Assembly: GCA_042565955.1 (NCBI GenBank)
Contig: JBHORG010000005.1
Location: forward strand, 14,025 to 78,024
Source of the DNA: Thermoproteota archaeon
GTDB taxonomy: Archaea > Thermoproteota > Bathyarchaeia > Bathyarchaeales > Bathyarchaeaceae
DNA length: 64,000 bases
Direction: 5' to 3'
Below the pieces are notes generated by a model, which was not told the DNA's origin, made no database searches, and saw only the letters and a list, made by a program, of their open reading frames with translations. The translations under genes were made by a program, and so were the position numbers. Below are positions 9,381 to 19,234 of this stretch, in pieces. How positions within the stretch are numbered: position 1 is the stretch's first letter; each line of letters starts with the position of its first letter.

Positions 9381-10091
9381 CTAGGTGGGATTCACTTTTA
9401 TAAGTTCAGGAATTTGTCCTGCTTTTCCCACAACCCCTCGATATAAGATGAACACCCCTTTAACATCATCTATGCTTAGGGCTCTTTCAATTCCGTGCTT
9501 AATCACAGTTTGAACATCATCTCCAGTTATCAGGTTCGCCACAGAAGTAGCCGCAGCATCAGCAATCCCAGCGTCTACAGCAAAAATCGTTACTGCCTCT
9601 GCGTCGCCGAAACTAAAAGCATGACTGAATCGCCCAGAACTGGTAGCTACACCAAGAGGGAACTCCTTTAACCTAAAACCCATCTCTCTTGAGAGTGGTT
9701 CATCGCCTGCGGCAAAAGCAATATCAATAGGCTGATTTGAGATCGCGAAGACTTCTCCTCCATTCTCTACAACAGCAACCTTACAGCCAGCATTAATCAT
9801 ATCCTTCACGGCTAAGTCAGCTAAGACTCCTGCAACAGCAGCCATAGGACCAACATTTGCCTTCCTTGAAGCTTCCGACATCAACCACGCTACTTCTGGG
9901 GCACCCTCCACAGGCAAGGGTTCAAAAGAATAAAGAAACTGGGGATACTCTTTGATGTACTTTTCAAGGAGTCTACGGTGATGTTCTATCGATGATACGG
10001 CAGTTTCGATTCCACTTTCTTTTTCTGATATTATGGTGCATTCTGATTCTTTTAGGCGAAAAGCCCGTTTGAACAACGTTTCCTTTGTCAT
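9381..10091 (-). CDS. UPF0280 / ApbE-like protein (COG2122; MA1715-type)
   Basis: 236 aa. Motifs GPMAAVAGVLAD, VENGGEV, GVATSSGRFSHAFSFGDAEA and ADAAATSVAN match my recollection of the UPF0280 family. A 4-nt ATGA-type overlap joins it to the upstream ferredoxin gene. Confidence 0.7.
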   Translation of the reverse strand: MTKETLFKRAFRLKESECTIISEKESGIETAVSSIEHHRRLLEKYIKEYPQFLYSFEPLPVEGAPEVAWLMSEASRKANVGPMAAVAGVLADLAVKDMINAGCKVAVVENGGEVFAISNQPIDIAFAAGDEPLSREMGFRLKEFPLGVATSSGRFSHAFSFGDAEAVTIFAVDAGIADAAATSVANLITGDDVQTVIKHGIERALSIDDVKGVFILYRGVVGKAGQIPELIKVNPT

Positions 10092-10510
10092 TTTTTATTG
10101 TTGCGGTGCTGCTCAACAAGGGTTATGGCTCTAGCTGGACAAGCATCAACACATAATCCGCAAGGACTACCAATACAGGTTTTCTCAGTGAAAACAATAG
10201 AATAATCATTGTCATATGAAATGGCATCCACTGGACATAGAGCATAACAGGCACCACAGTCAAAACATTTGTCGCAGTCTACATCAATGAGTTTTGGAAA
10301 CTTTACAACTACACCTTTAGCTTTGAATGCATTAACAATTTTTTCAATGTGAACAGCAGGCACTTCAATAAGGATATCACCACCAAGGGAATTGACGGTA
10401 GCAGTGACTATCCTCATTGGTAATCCAAGTTCGAGAATCACTTGCGAAGTTATTGGCTCTGCAACGTTTTCTTCAGAGAATCTTAATAGAATTCTATCCA
10501 AGTTTTTCAC
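10088..10510 (-). CDS. NIL-domain / 2x[4Fe-4S] ferredoxin (MA1822-type)
   Basis: 140 aa. The N-terminal NIL-like half is followed by two ferredoxin motifs, CDKCFDCGACYALCP and CIGSPCGLCVDACP. It overlaps both neighbours by 4 nt. Confidence 0.75.
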   Translation of the reverse strand: MKNLDRILLRFSEENVAEPITSQVILELGLPMRIVTATVNSLGGDILIEVPAVHIEKIVNAFKAKGVVVKFPKLIDVDCDKCFDCGACYALCPVDAISYDNDYSIVFTEKTCIGSPCGLCVDACPARAITLVEQHRNNKK

Positions 10511-12015
10511 CTTCCTCTTAGTTTAGAAATATCTTCAGATGTTATAAGACCTACAACCTTCTTGTACTGGTCAAGCACGGGTAAAGCAGAGATATGATGT
10601 CGCGACATCTTCCTTGAAGCAGTCTCCAACGACTCCTCTGGACGTGTGGTATACACTTTTTTGGTGATAATGTCAACCAGTTTTGTTTTTCCTTCAGCAA
10701 CGGCTCGGGTCAAGTCCCAAGAAGTAACTATACCTTTAATCACTCCACGATTATCAGTTACAGCCACATGGTTAACGGATTTACTGATTATCCGCTGTGC
10801 AACCGTTTTAATATTCTCGTCAACCCTGCACGTAACAGCCTCATGAGCGACTCGGTTAACTAAAATTATCTCTTTGCTTTGCCTCATTGGGTTACAAACC
10901 GAATTGGTTGGCAGGTTCTCAGCAGGAGCAGACAAATAGAATGTACCGTTCTCAATCCATGACTTAAGTGTCTTTGTGATTTTCTTTGCCGTTTTCAAGC
11001 TAGAAAGCGAACTGACCTTAATTCTCCTATCATTAATTGTTACTTCACCTGACTTTAATGTAGCGTAATTCACTTTACCAAGTTTAGGTCGCCCTCTTCT
11101 TGGAATCCCATAATCAATAATGTCAGTGAGAATTTCCTCATCCCTCAACGCCGTCTTCCTAGCCAATCCTTCATTTAGTATAGGGATAGGAATACCCATT
11201 CCAACATAGAGGCTTGTACCATACTTTGTGAAAGCGCCTCCACGAATAAACTCTGGGTTCATCTGTTTACAGTCTCCACGAACCATAATTGTACCAAACC
11301 TGTTAGATGGATCATGCTGGGTGCCTTCTCCAATAACGTAGCCTTGTCCGCCTCCCAAGAATATACGAGTTCCAATTCCAATGGTCTCGTAATCTGGATC
11401 GTTCATTAGAGGGTTCAAGGCTCCTGCCCCAGAGTAAGTGGCATTTCTAAATTTTGGCAAAAGCTTACCCATGTACGTGTATATTATGTCATCGCGACTG
11501 TTTGTGGCACAAACGTATCGTTGGTAACAGTTACGAAAGTTCAGTAAATAGAACTGATTCAAGTCATCTTTGGTAACTGTTGTATCCAGTTTAGTTCTGG
11601 GATAACAGTCAGTCCCGTATGCTGTGGCTCTAACCTCAACTTCTTTGCCAGCAATCAAATCTTCGATAACATGTCCACCTCCATACTCGTAAGGTTGAGT
11701 CTCAGACATCATGGTAGCGCCTATGTACAGGTCAACCGCCGCACCTGGGTGGCTGACTTCAACATCATTTAACCATGCCCTCTGAATTTTGATGGGCGGA
11801 TCTGAGTGTCCAATATTTATTACGGCACCTGAAGAACACATAGCTCCGAAAGTTCCTGTTGTAACAACATCAACTTCCTTGCAGGCAACTTCCACACCAC
11901 TACTTTCCACGAGTTTCTTCATTTCTTCAGCTGTTACGACTTGAACGTCACCAGATTTAATTTTCTGGTTGATTTCTGCTATTGACCGTCCGTTACTTCT
12001 ATTTCGGGCTACCAT
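10507..12015 (-). CDS. COG1900 (DUF39) + CBS-pair protein, sulfide-dependent homocysteine biosynthesis type (MA1821/MJ0100-like)
   Basis: 502 aa. The N-terminal ~380 aa look DUF39-like (VVTTGTFGAMCSSGAVINIGHSDPPIK...). A C-terminal CBS pair follows (VNHVAVTDNRGVIKGIVTSWDL... and HHISALPVLDQYKKVVGLITSEDI). Confidence 0.75.
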   Translation of the reverse strand: MVARNRSNGRSIAEINQKIKSGDVQVVTAEEMKKLVESSGVEVACKEVDVVTTGTFGAMCSSGAVINIGHSDPPIKIQRAWLNDVEVSHPGAAVDLYIGATMMSETQPYEYGGGHVIEDLIAGKEVEVRATAYGTDCYPRTKLDTTVTKDDLNQFYLLNFRNCYQRYVCATNSRDDIIYTYMGKLLPKFRNATYSGAGALNPLMNDPDYETIGIGTRIFLGGGQGYVIGEGTQHDPSNRFGTIMVRGDCKQMNPEFIRGGAFTKYGTSLYVGMGIPIPILNEGLARKTALRDEEILTDIIDYGIPRRGRPKLGKVNYATLKSGEVTINDRRIKVSSLSSLKTAKKITKTLKSWIENGTFYLSAPAENLPTNSVCNPMRQSKEIILVNRVAHEAVTCRVDENIKTVAQRIISKSVNHVAVTDNRGVIKGIVTSWDLTRAVAEGKTKLVDIITKKVYTTRPEESLETASRKMSRHHISALPVLDQYKKVVGLITSEDISKLRGR

Positions 12016-12119
12016 TTTTCGTTACTCCCATTTCTCTCCCCTTTAGGAGATGAAACATAGCAAAGACCATTACCATTTTAATATTTTACTGAAAAAAATA
12101 TTCCAAAAAGAATATTAAG

Positions 12120-12698
12120 TTGTCTGTCCAAATTCATGACATGTTACCTTCCATAGATGAAGTTTCCAAAAAACGAAGAATCGCGGGACTTACACAGCAA
12201 AAGCTCGCAAGATTGGCAAGTGTAAGCCAGTCACTTATTGCCAAACTTGAATCTCAGAAAATTGATCCTTCTTATACCAAAGTCAAGGCAATATTTGATG
12301 CGTTGGAAAGACTACAAACAGAATCAGAGATTCGAGCTGCAGAAGTGCTACAGAACCATATTATCGGAATTCAAAAGAGCGACCCAGTCTCAAAGGCGGT
12401 TCAAATGATGGCAGAATATGGTTATTCTCAACTTCCAGTATTTGATGAAGAACATTCTGTTGGAAGCATCTCAGAAAAGACAATTATCGGAAAGGTTTCT
12501 GCAGGTAAAGATCTCTCTGAATTATCCAAACTTCCTGTGGGCAATGTTATGGAGGAGGCTTTCCCTCAGGTTGGAGAGGATGCTCCGTTGCCTTTAATTT
12601 CGAACCTCTTGCAAGTTTATTCCGCAGTCCTGATTTCGACGAAGGGCAAGGTTGTCGGCATCGTAACAAAAGCAGATTTATTGAAGATGCTCCTCTAA
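12120..12698 (+). CDS. XRE-type HTH + CBS-pair transcriptional regulator
   Basis: 192 aa. The HTH is GLTQQKLARLASVSQSLIAKLESQK, followed by two CBS motifs (YSQLPVFDEEHSVGSISEKTI and AVLISTKGKVVGIVTKADL). TTG at 12120; the first ATG is at 12141. Divergent from the homocysteine cluster. Confidence 0.75.
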   Translation: MSVQIHDMLPSIDEVSKKRRIAGLTQQKLARLASVSQSLIAKLESQKIDPSYTKVKAIFDALERLQTESEIRAAEVLQNHIIGIQKSDPVSKAVQMMAEYGYSQLPVFDEEHSVGSISEKTIIGKVSAGKDLSELSKLPVGNVMEEAFPQVGEDAPLPLISNLLQVYSAVLISTKGKVVGIVTKADLLKMLL

Positions 12699-12728
12699 TT
12701 CTATTCAAGAATTAGGTTTGGGATCCCA

Positions 12729-13460
12729 GTGAGTAAAGCGGTTGAAGCAAAAAACATTGTAAAAGATTTCGGGTCAGTAAAAGCCCTTGACGACTTAAGT
12801 TTCCAAATAAACGAAGGAGAAATTTTCGGTTTAATAGGACTCAACGGTGCAGGTAAAACAACTGCACTTAGAATCACCTCTACATTGCTGCTGCCTACTT
12901 CAGGTACTGTAAATGTTTTTGGTTACGATGTAGTTGAAGATGCTTCAGAAGTACGTAATATAATCAGTTATCTTCCCGAAGAAGCTGGAGCCTACAAAAA
13001 CCTTTCAGGCATGGAATATTTGCGGTTCATGGCAAGCTTCTTAACCAACGACAAAAGCGCAATGCAGGATATGGTTGAGGCGGCTTCCGAAATTTCTGGA
13101 CTAGAAGAGCGCCTAAAAGACAAAGTGAAAGGCTACAGCAAGGGGATGAAACGTCGGCTTCTTGTTGCAAGGGCTCTAATGACAAAGCCTAAATTGGCTA
13201 TACTAGATGAACCAAATAGCGGCTTGGACGTTCTGCATTCGGTTCACGTTAGAACAATCATAAAAGGCTATGCCAAGGAGCAGGGAGCAACAATACTACT
13301 TTCAAGCCATAACATGCTAGAAGTAGAGTATCTATGCGACCGTGTGGCGCTTATCAACAAAGGTAAAATCGTTGTTGAGGGCTCTCCTGCAGAGCTCAAG
13401 AAAAAACACAACGCAGTTAATCTTGAAGAAGTGTTTGGAGAGGTAGTTGGTTTTGTTTAA
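12729..13460 (+). CDS. ABC transporter ATP-binding protein
   Basis: 243 aa. Walker A is GLNGAGKTT, the signature-like motif YSKGMKRRL and Walker B LAILDEP. GTG start. Confidence 0.9.
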   Translation: MSKAVEAKNIVKDFGSVKALDDLSFQINEGEIFGLIGLNGAGKTTALRITSTLLLPTSGTVNVFGYDVVEDASEVRNIISYLPEEAGAYKNLSGMEYLRFMASFLTNDKSAMQDMVEAASEISGLEERLKDKVKGYSKGMKRRLLVARALMTKPKLAILDEPNSGLDVLHSVHVRTIIKGYAKEQGATILLSSHNMLEVEYLCDRVALINKGKIVVEGSPAELKKKHNAVNLEEVFGEVVGFV

Positions 13461-14757
13461 GGGATTATTAAACATTGTAATAAAAGAAGTCAAGGAACTA
13501 GTTAGAGATCCCAAAATTCTGTTGGGCATGATAATTGTTCCTTTGATAATGTTTCCGTTAATGGGTTTTGCAATCGAAACTTCAATGGAAACCGCAGAAG
13601 AAAGCATAGGACAAACACACATAGCGCTAATAGACCAAGACCAAGATCTCATGGCAGAAGGCCTGAAGATCTATCTTAAACTATTTAATTTCACAGTAAC
13701 GTCTTTTGAAGACATGTCCATAGATCAAGCTATCGCTCAAGTCCAAGACTCAAACATCACCAATCTCGTAATCATACCATCAGGATTCAGCCAAAACATA
13801 ACTCAAGGGGGAACAACAAGCCTAACAGTTTACACACCATTCAGAGGTGGAGGAGGCATAGCCGGATCCGCACAATCGTCCACTATTAACAGCCTACTCT
13901 ACAGTTTTGAAAACGGAATTGTTAACCAAAGAATCAAAGAAGGATTCCCAGAGTCAAATTCAACAGAAGTTTTAAACCCCATAATATTGTCGGAAAAATC
14001 GATAGTGAAAGGCAGAAGCGCCAATGTTAGTCCAGACGTTCTTTTTGGTTTGATGATATCCCAATCCACAATTATGCCTGTAGGAATGATGACACTACTC
14101 ATCTTTGCCATGCAGCTTGCAGCAACAGCAGTAGCATCGGAGAAGGAAGAGAAAACTCTTGAAACATTACTAACGTTGCCCATTAACCGCACCATGATCT
14201 TGGCTGGAAAACTTACAGGTTCAATAATTGTAGCGGTTGTCGGAGCCTTAGCATATCTTGTAGGTTTTAGTTATTACATGACTTCGTTCACGGGCATGAT
14301 ACCCACCGGCAGCGTAGACCTAGCAGCAATAGGATTGGCACCCACAATCGCTTCATATGCGATTCTTGGGATTTCCTTGTTCATGGCGTTGCTTTCAGCT
14401 TTAGCATTGGCGATTTCGCTATCTGTTTTTGCAGAGGACGTTAGAGGCGCCCAAGCTCTAGTGGGTCCACTCTCTATCCTGTTTGTTTTTCCAATGATTT
14501 TCACAATGTTCACCGACATCACAGCCTTGCCATTCCCATTATCAATCATACTACTTGCCATACCGTTTACACATCCAATGTTAGCAGCAAACGTGTCTTT
14601 CACTGGAAACTATGCAGCGGCGATCGGGGGAATCGTGTACATGGCAATCTTCACTGTTGTGGTTCTCTACATTGCTTCTAGACTCTTTGGCACAGAAAAA
14701 ATCTTGACAGCAAAACTGAAGTTCAGAAGAAAAATAAAAATCATACCCAGCGGTTAA
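13447..14757 (+). CDS. ABC-2 type transporter permease
   Basis: 436 aa. An N-terminal TM helix and a large extracytoplasmic loop are followed by about five C-terminal TM helices (ABC-2 / NatB-like layout). Overlaps the ATPase gene by 14 nt. Confidence 0.75.
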   Translation: MVLFKGLLNIVIKEVKELVRDPKILLGMIIVPLIMFPLMGFAIETSMETAEESIGQTHIALIDQDQDLMAEGLKIYLKLFNFTVTSFEDMSIDQAIAQVQDSNITNLVIIPSGFSQNITQGGTTSLTVYTPFRGGGGIAGSAQSSTINSLLYSFENGIVNQRIKEGFPESNSTEVLNPIILSEKSIVKGRSANVSPDVLFGLMISQSTIMPVGMMTLLIFAMQLAATAVASEKEEKTLETLLTLPINRTMILAGKLTGSIIVAVVGALAYLVGFSYYMTSFTGMIPTGSVDLAAIGLAPTIASYAILGISLFMALLSALALAISLSVFAEDVRGAQALVGPLSILFVFPMIFTMFTDITALPFPLSIILLAIPFTHPMLAANVSFTGNYAAAIGGIVYMAIFTVVVLYIASRLFGTEKILTAKLKFRRKIKIIPSG

Positions 14758-14780
14758 GTCCCTCTCGTATCTGTTCTTGT

Positions 14781-17700
14781 TTACCAAAATTTGCGCGGCA
14801 AGCTGTCCATATACTCGTTTAGGGAACGAATATCAAACTTATTTGCTTCCCGCTGATCTAATATTTTGGTTAGGGCTAACGCCAACTGAAGATTCGTTAC
14901 GACAGGAATATTGAATTCGATCGCTAACCTACGGATTGTGTATTCGTCTTTTAAAACTTCAGAGAATTTTGCTAGGTGGTTCGGCATAGGTATGTTGATT
15001 ACCAAGTCTATTCTACCTTCTTTAAGATAATCAACAATGTTAGGTTTTTGCCCCACTTCTCTCACTTTGCCCAACACTGAAATATTATTTACACCCGCAT
15101 CCCGAAGTGCCTCAGCAGTATGATTGGTCGCATAGATTTTGAAGCCCATTTTCCTCAGTGCCAGTCCAATGGGGACAACTTTCTCTTTTAGTTCTTTTCC
15201 GCCAACAGTTATCAGTACCGAACCGCATTCAGGCGGCATCTTGAACTCTGCAGACTGCAACGCCTTAGATAGAGCATCTGTAAAGTTTTCTCCCAGGCAA
15301 GCTACCTCTCCAGTGCTTAGCATCTCAACTCCAAGAACAGGATCGGCTCCACTTAAACGCATAAAACTAAACTGGGGAACTTTGACTCCGACGTGACTAA
15401 TTTCAGGTAAATCAGTGAATCCAGCATCATTGAATTTTTTGCCTAGCATCGCCAGGGTGGCAAGTTCTATAATGTTTACTCCACGGGTTTTGCTGACATA
15501 CGGCATAGATCGGGAAGCCCTAAGATTACATTCGATAACGTAAGTGACTCCGTCTTTTACGAGATACTGGATATTGTAGGGTCCTCTGATTTTGAGGGCT
15601 TCAACTATTTTGTGAGTATAATCCTGAATAGTCCGTAGCACATCGCTGTCCAGAGTTATCGTTGGAATTCCCATGGTTGCGTCTCCGCTGTGAACCCCAG
15701 CGTTCTCAACATGCTCAACAATAGCTCCAATGATGTTGTCTTCGCCATCGTAGATCCCGTCGACCTCAACTTCTTTTGCGTTCTCGATAAACTTTGATAT
15801 CACGGCGGGATGATCCCTTGAAACTTTGGCAGCTAACTTGAGGTAAGCTCCCAGTTCATCTTCGGTGTAAGCAACTCGCATGGCAGACCCTGAGAGCACA
15901 TAGCTAGGTCGAATTAGAACAGGATAGCCGACTTTCGAAGCAAACTTCTTAATGTCATGGGTTGTTGACAGGTCTCTCCATTCTGGCTGAGGAATCACAA
16001 GCTGGTCAAGAAGAGCACTGAATTTGGCTCTGTCTTCTGCTTGATCTATACTTTCCCCAGATGTTCCTAACAAGTTAACTCCGACTTCGGACAGTTTCAG
16101 GGCTAAGTTGTTTGGTATCTGTCCACCAACACTGGCTATAACACCATATGGTTTTTCCTTGTCGTAAATATCTAATATTCTCTCTAGGGTGAGTTCTTCA
16201 AAGTACAACTTATCGCTCATGTCATAGTCTGTCGAAACCGTTTCAGGGTTATAATTGATCATAATAGCCTCTTGGATACCGTTCTTTTTGAGAGCCCAGA
16301 TAGTGTTAACTCCACACCAGTCAAACTCTACGCTCGACCCAATCCTGAAAACGCCCGCGCCAAGAACAATAACCTTCTTGCTAACCGGAGAAAAGTGGAT
16401 GTCATCCTCGTCTCCACCGTAAGTCAAGTAAAGATAATTAGTTTTAGCTGGCCACTCAGCAGCAAGCGTGTCAATCTGCTTAATTGAAGGAATAATATTC
16501 GCTTCTTTTCGCAGTTTTCTTATCGTAAATTCGTCTGTGTCACGGCATATGGCAACTTGCATGTCAGAAAAGCCGATGCGCTTTGCTTCACGGATGGTGT
16601 CTATGAATTCGTTGTCCGTCTGTTTTATTGTCGACAGTTTATCTTGCATGTCGATAACGTTCTTTATTTTGTGCAAGAAGAATGGATCAATGCCGCTCAG
16701 ATCATAAATTTCCTCGATGGATACCCCCTGTTTTAGCGCCTTAATTATCATATAGAGCCGCTGGTCTGTGGGATTAGCCAAAACTTCCTTTATTGTCTCT
16801 AACGGTTCAGGTTTGTCTTCCTCGGCATTACATACCAAACCCAGCTTCCCAATATCCAGCATACGAACGGCCTTCTGGAGCGCTTCCTCAAAGCATCGTC
16901 CAATACCCATAACTTCGCCGACAGACTTCATCTGTGGACCTATATGACAGTCAACATTCCTGAATTTTTGCAGATCCCAACGAGGATACTTGACTACAAG
17001 GTAATCTAGAGCGGGTTCAAAGCAGGCCGTAGTTACACTAGTTACCTTGTTCAGCAACTCGGGCAGTCTATAACCGATACACAGTTTAGCTGCGATATAC
17101 GCAATGGGGTAACCTGTTGCTTTGCTTGCCAAGGCTGAGCTTCTTGACAACCTAGCGTTCACTTCTATGGCACGGATTTCCTCTGACTTGTTGTCCAGTG
17201 CCCACTGGATGTTGCATTCACCGATTACGCCTAAGCTTCGAATCGCATTTATTGACGCTGAACGAAGAATGTGATACTCCCGATTTGAAAGGGTTTGAGA
17301 GGGCGCGACCACTATTGAGTCGCCTGTATGGATACCCATGGGATCAAAGTTTTCCATATTACAAACTATAATACAGTTGTCATCGTAATCCCGCATAACC
17401 TCATATTCGACTTCTTTCCAGTGCCCCAAATACTCTTCGATGAGCACTTGCGAGATCATACTCTGACCTAAAGCACGACAGACAATCTCCTTCAAATCTT
17501 CCTCGCTGTGGGCTACACCTGAACCCTTACCACCCAACGCATATGCCAAACGAATAATTACAGGGTAACCGATTTCTCCACCCACCTTAATGGCTTCGTT
17601 TAGAGACATAGCAGATTTGCTCCTAGGAATCGGAACAGCAGCCTTCATCATAGACTGCCTAAACAGTTCCCTGTCTTCAGTGTCCTCTATTGTCTTGATT

Positions 17701-18074
17701 GGAGTCCCCAAAACCTTTACTTCATATTTATCGAGAATGCCCTTTTTGGCAAGTTGGACTCCGCAGTTTAGGGCTGTCTGTCCCCCAAAGCTCAACATAA
17801 TCGCATCTGGGCGTTCCTTTGCGATGACCTCTTCAACGAACTCAGGCGTTATAGGTAGGAGGTAAACTTTCCCTGCTAGCCGAGGGTCTGTTTGGATTGT
17901 GGCTATGTTTGGGTTTACTAGAACAGTTTCTATTCCTTCCTCACGAAGAGCCTTTAGGCACTGGCTTCCGGAGTAATCAAACTCTGCGGCTTCTCCGATC
18001 TTTATGGCGCCGCTGCCCAGTACCAATACTTTTTTGATCCAATCAAATTTGGGCAGTCTATTTTTCCTCCACAA
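14781..18074 (-). CDS. carB: carbamoyl-phosphate synthase large subunit
   Basis: KKVLVLGSGAIKIGEAAEFDYSG is the canonical CarB N-terminus, and the ATP-grasp halves are duplicated with a C-terminal MGS-like domain. The track ORF starts at a TTG at 18149 (92-nt overlap with carA). The TTG at 18074 (MWRKNRLPKFDWIKK...) fits the family N-terminus better. The start remains uncertain. Confidence 0.9.
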   Translation of the reverse strand: MWRKNRLPKFDWIKKVLVLGSGAIKIGEAAEFDYSGSQCLKALREEGIETVLVNPNIATIQTDPRLAGKVYLLPITPEFVEEVIAKERPDAIMLSFGGQTALNCGVQLAKKGILDKYEVKVLGTPIKTIEDTEDRELFRQSMMKAAVPIPRSKSAMSLNEAIKVGGEIGYPVIIRLAYALGGKGSGVAHSEEDLKEIVCRALGQSMISQVLIEEYLGHWKEVEYEVMRDYDDNCIIVCNMENFDPMGIHTGDSIVVAPSQTLSNREYHILRSASINAIRSLGVIGECNIQWALDNKSEEIRAIEVNARLSRSSALASKATGYPIAYIAAKLCIGYRLPELLNKVTSVTTACFEPALDYLVVKYPRWDLQKFRNVDCHIGPQMKSVGEVMGIGRCFEEALQKAVRMLDIGKLGLVCNAEEDKPEPLETIKEVLANPTDQRLYMIIKALKQGVSIEEIYDLSGIDPFFLHKIKNVIDMQDKLSTIKQTDNEFIDTIREAKRIGFSDMQVAICRDTDEFTIRKLRKEANIIPSIKQIDTLAAEWPAKTNYLYLTYGGDEDDIHFSPVSKKVIVLGAGVFRIGSSVEFDWCGVNTIWALKKNGIQEAIMINYNPETVSTDYDMSDKLYFEELTLERILDIYDKEKPYGVIASVGGQIPNNLALKLSEVGVNLLGTSGESIDQAEDRAKFSALLDQLVIPQPEWRDLSTTHDIKKFASKVGYPVLIRPSYVLSGSAMRVAYTEDELGAYLKLAAKVSRDHPAVISKFIENAKEVEVDGIYDGEDNIIGAIVEHVENAGVHSGDATMGIPTITLDSDVLRTIQDYTHKIVEALKIRGPYNIQYLVKDGVTYVIECNLRASRSMPYVSKTRGVNIIELATLAMLGKKFNDAGFTDLPEISHVGVKVPQFSFMRLSGADPVLGVEMLSTGEVACLGENFTDALSKALQSAEFKMPPECGSVLITVGGKELKEKVVPIGLALRKMGFKIYATNHTAEALRDAGVNNISVLGKVREVGQKPNIVDYLKEGRIDLVINIPMPNHLAKFSEVLKDEYTIRRLAIEFNIPVVTNLQLALALTKILDQREANKFDIRSLNEYMDSLPRKFW

Positions 18075-19203
18075 GTTTTCGGAACTTGTCAAATAAGAAT
18101 TCTGTGTCGTAGGGTCCAGGCGATGCTTCAGGATGCCACTGTAGAGCAAAAGCGGGTTTAGTTTTGTGTTTTACACCTTCAACAGTTTTGTCGTTGGCGT
18201 TCATGAACCATATTTCTAATCCAGTGTCCTTTAGGGATTCTTTTTCTGCAGTGTACCCGTGATTCTGAGTGGTGATGTAGCATCTTCCTGTTTCCAGGTC
18301 AAGAGCTGGTTGATTCTGTGAACGGTGACCATACTTGAGCTTGTAAGTATCACCGCCCAATGCCAAAGCAAGAATTTGAGTTCCAAGACATACGCCCATC
18401 ATCGGCATATTTTCATCTATCAGTTTCCGGACGGTTTCGATGGTTTTCACACATTGTTTTGGATCTCCGGGACCGTTGCTTATCATCACAGCGTCTGGAT
18501 TGTATTCAATAATCTGTTCTGCCGAAAAATCGTAGGGAACCCGCATCACATTAAAGCCTCTTCGCAAGAGGTTGCGGATGATACCATATTTGACTCCGCA
18601 GTCGATTAGAACTGCTAATTTGTTTCCTTCAGTTTCGTATAGAATTGGTTCCTTTACGGTTACCTGTTTTGCGAGATCTGTTGAGTTTGGATCCTGAACA
18701 GTCTTTACTTCATTTAGAAGCTTGGGTATGTTAGGTTTCTCATTTACCTCGCACACCTTTAGAATTCCAAGCATTACCCCTTTGGATCTAAGTTTTTTGG
18801 TAAGTTTTCTGGTGTCGATTCCGTAAATTCCGGGAATATCTTCGTCTTTTAGCCACTGGTCAAGTGTCCGAGTGGATGCCCAATGGAAGGGATGTTTACA
18901 TAGTTCGTGAACGATAAAACCAGTTACTTTGATATCGTCAGATTCGAAGTATTTGAGGACTCCATTCTCCTTATCGTATGGTGGAACTCCATAGTTTCCA
19001 ACAAGAGGATATGTGAAGGTTAAGATTTGTCCCTTGTAGGATGGGTCTGTAAGGGATTCGGGGTATCCAACCATGGAAGTGGAAAATACGATTTCTCCAG
19101 AAACCTTCTTAGTTGCGCCGAACCCATAACCTACAAAGGTGGAACCATCTTCCAAAACGAGAACGGCTTTACCAGTTTTCTGGGCTTTATTTTTTGTGTT
19201 CAC
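18058..19203 (-). CDS. carA: carbamoyl-phosphate synthase small (glutaminase) subunit
   Basis: 381 aa. The N-terminal CPSase small-chain domain (AVLVLEDGSTFVGYGFGA) is followed by a class I GATase with MGVCLGTQILALA (catalytic Cys) and QWHPEASPGP. Confidence 0.93.
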   Translation of the reverse strand: MNTKNKAQKTGKAVLVLEDGSTFVGYGFGATKKVSGEIVFSTSMVGYPESLTDPSYKGQILTFTYPLVGNYGVPPYDKENGVLKYFESDDIKVTGFIVHELCKHPFHWASTRTLDQWLKDEDIPGIYGIDTRKLTKKLRSKGVMLGILKVCEVNEKPNIPKLLNEVKTVQDPNSTDLAKQVTVKEPILYETEGNKLAVLIDCGVKYGIIRNLLRRGFNVMRVPYDFSAEQIIEYNPDAVMISNGPGDPKQCVKTIETVRKLIDENMPMMGVCLGTQILALALGGDTYKLKYGHRSQNQPALDLETGRCYITTQNHGYTAEKESLKDTGLEIWFMNANDKTVEGVKHKTKPAFALQWHPEASPGPYDTEFLFDKFRKLVEEK

Positions 19204-19234
19204 AGTTATAACCTATACTACTGTTCATGTATCG

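Noticed and set aside
14781-18149. 92-nt overlap between the track carB ORF start (TTG 18149) and carA
   Set aside because: This is probably an over-extended ORF. The TTG at 18074 gives the family-typical N-terminus with a 17-nt overlap, so it is treated as start-codon ambiguity rather than biology.
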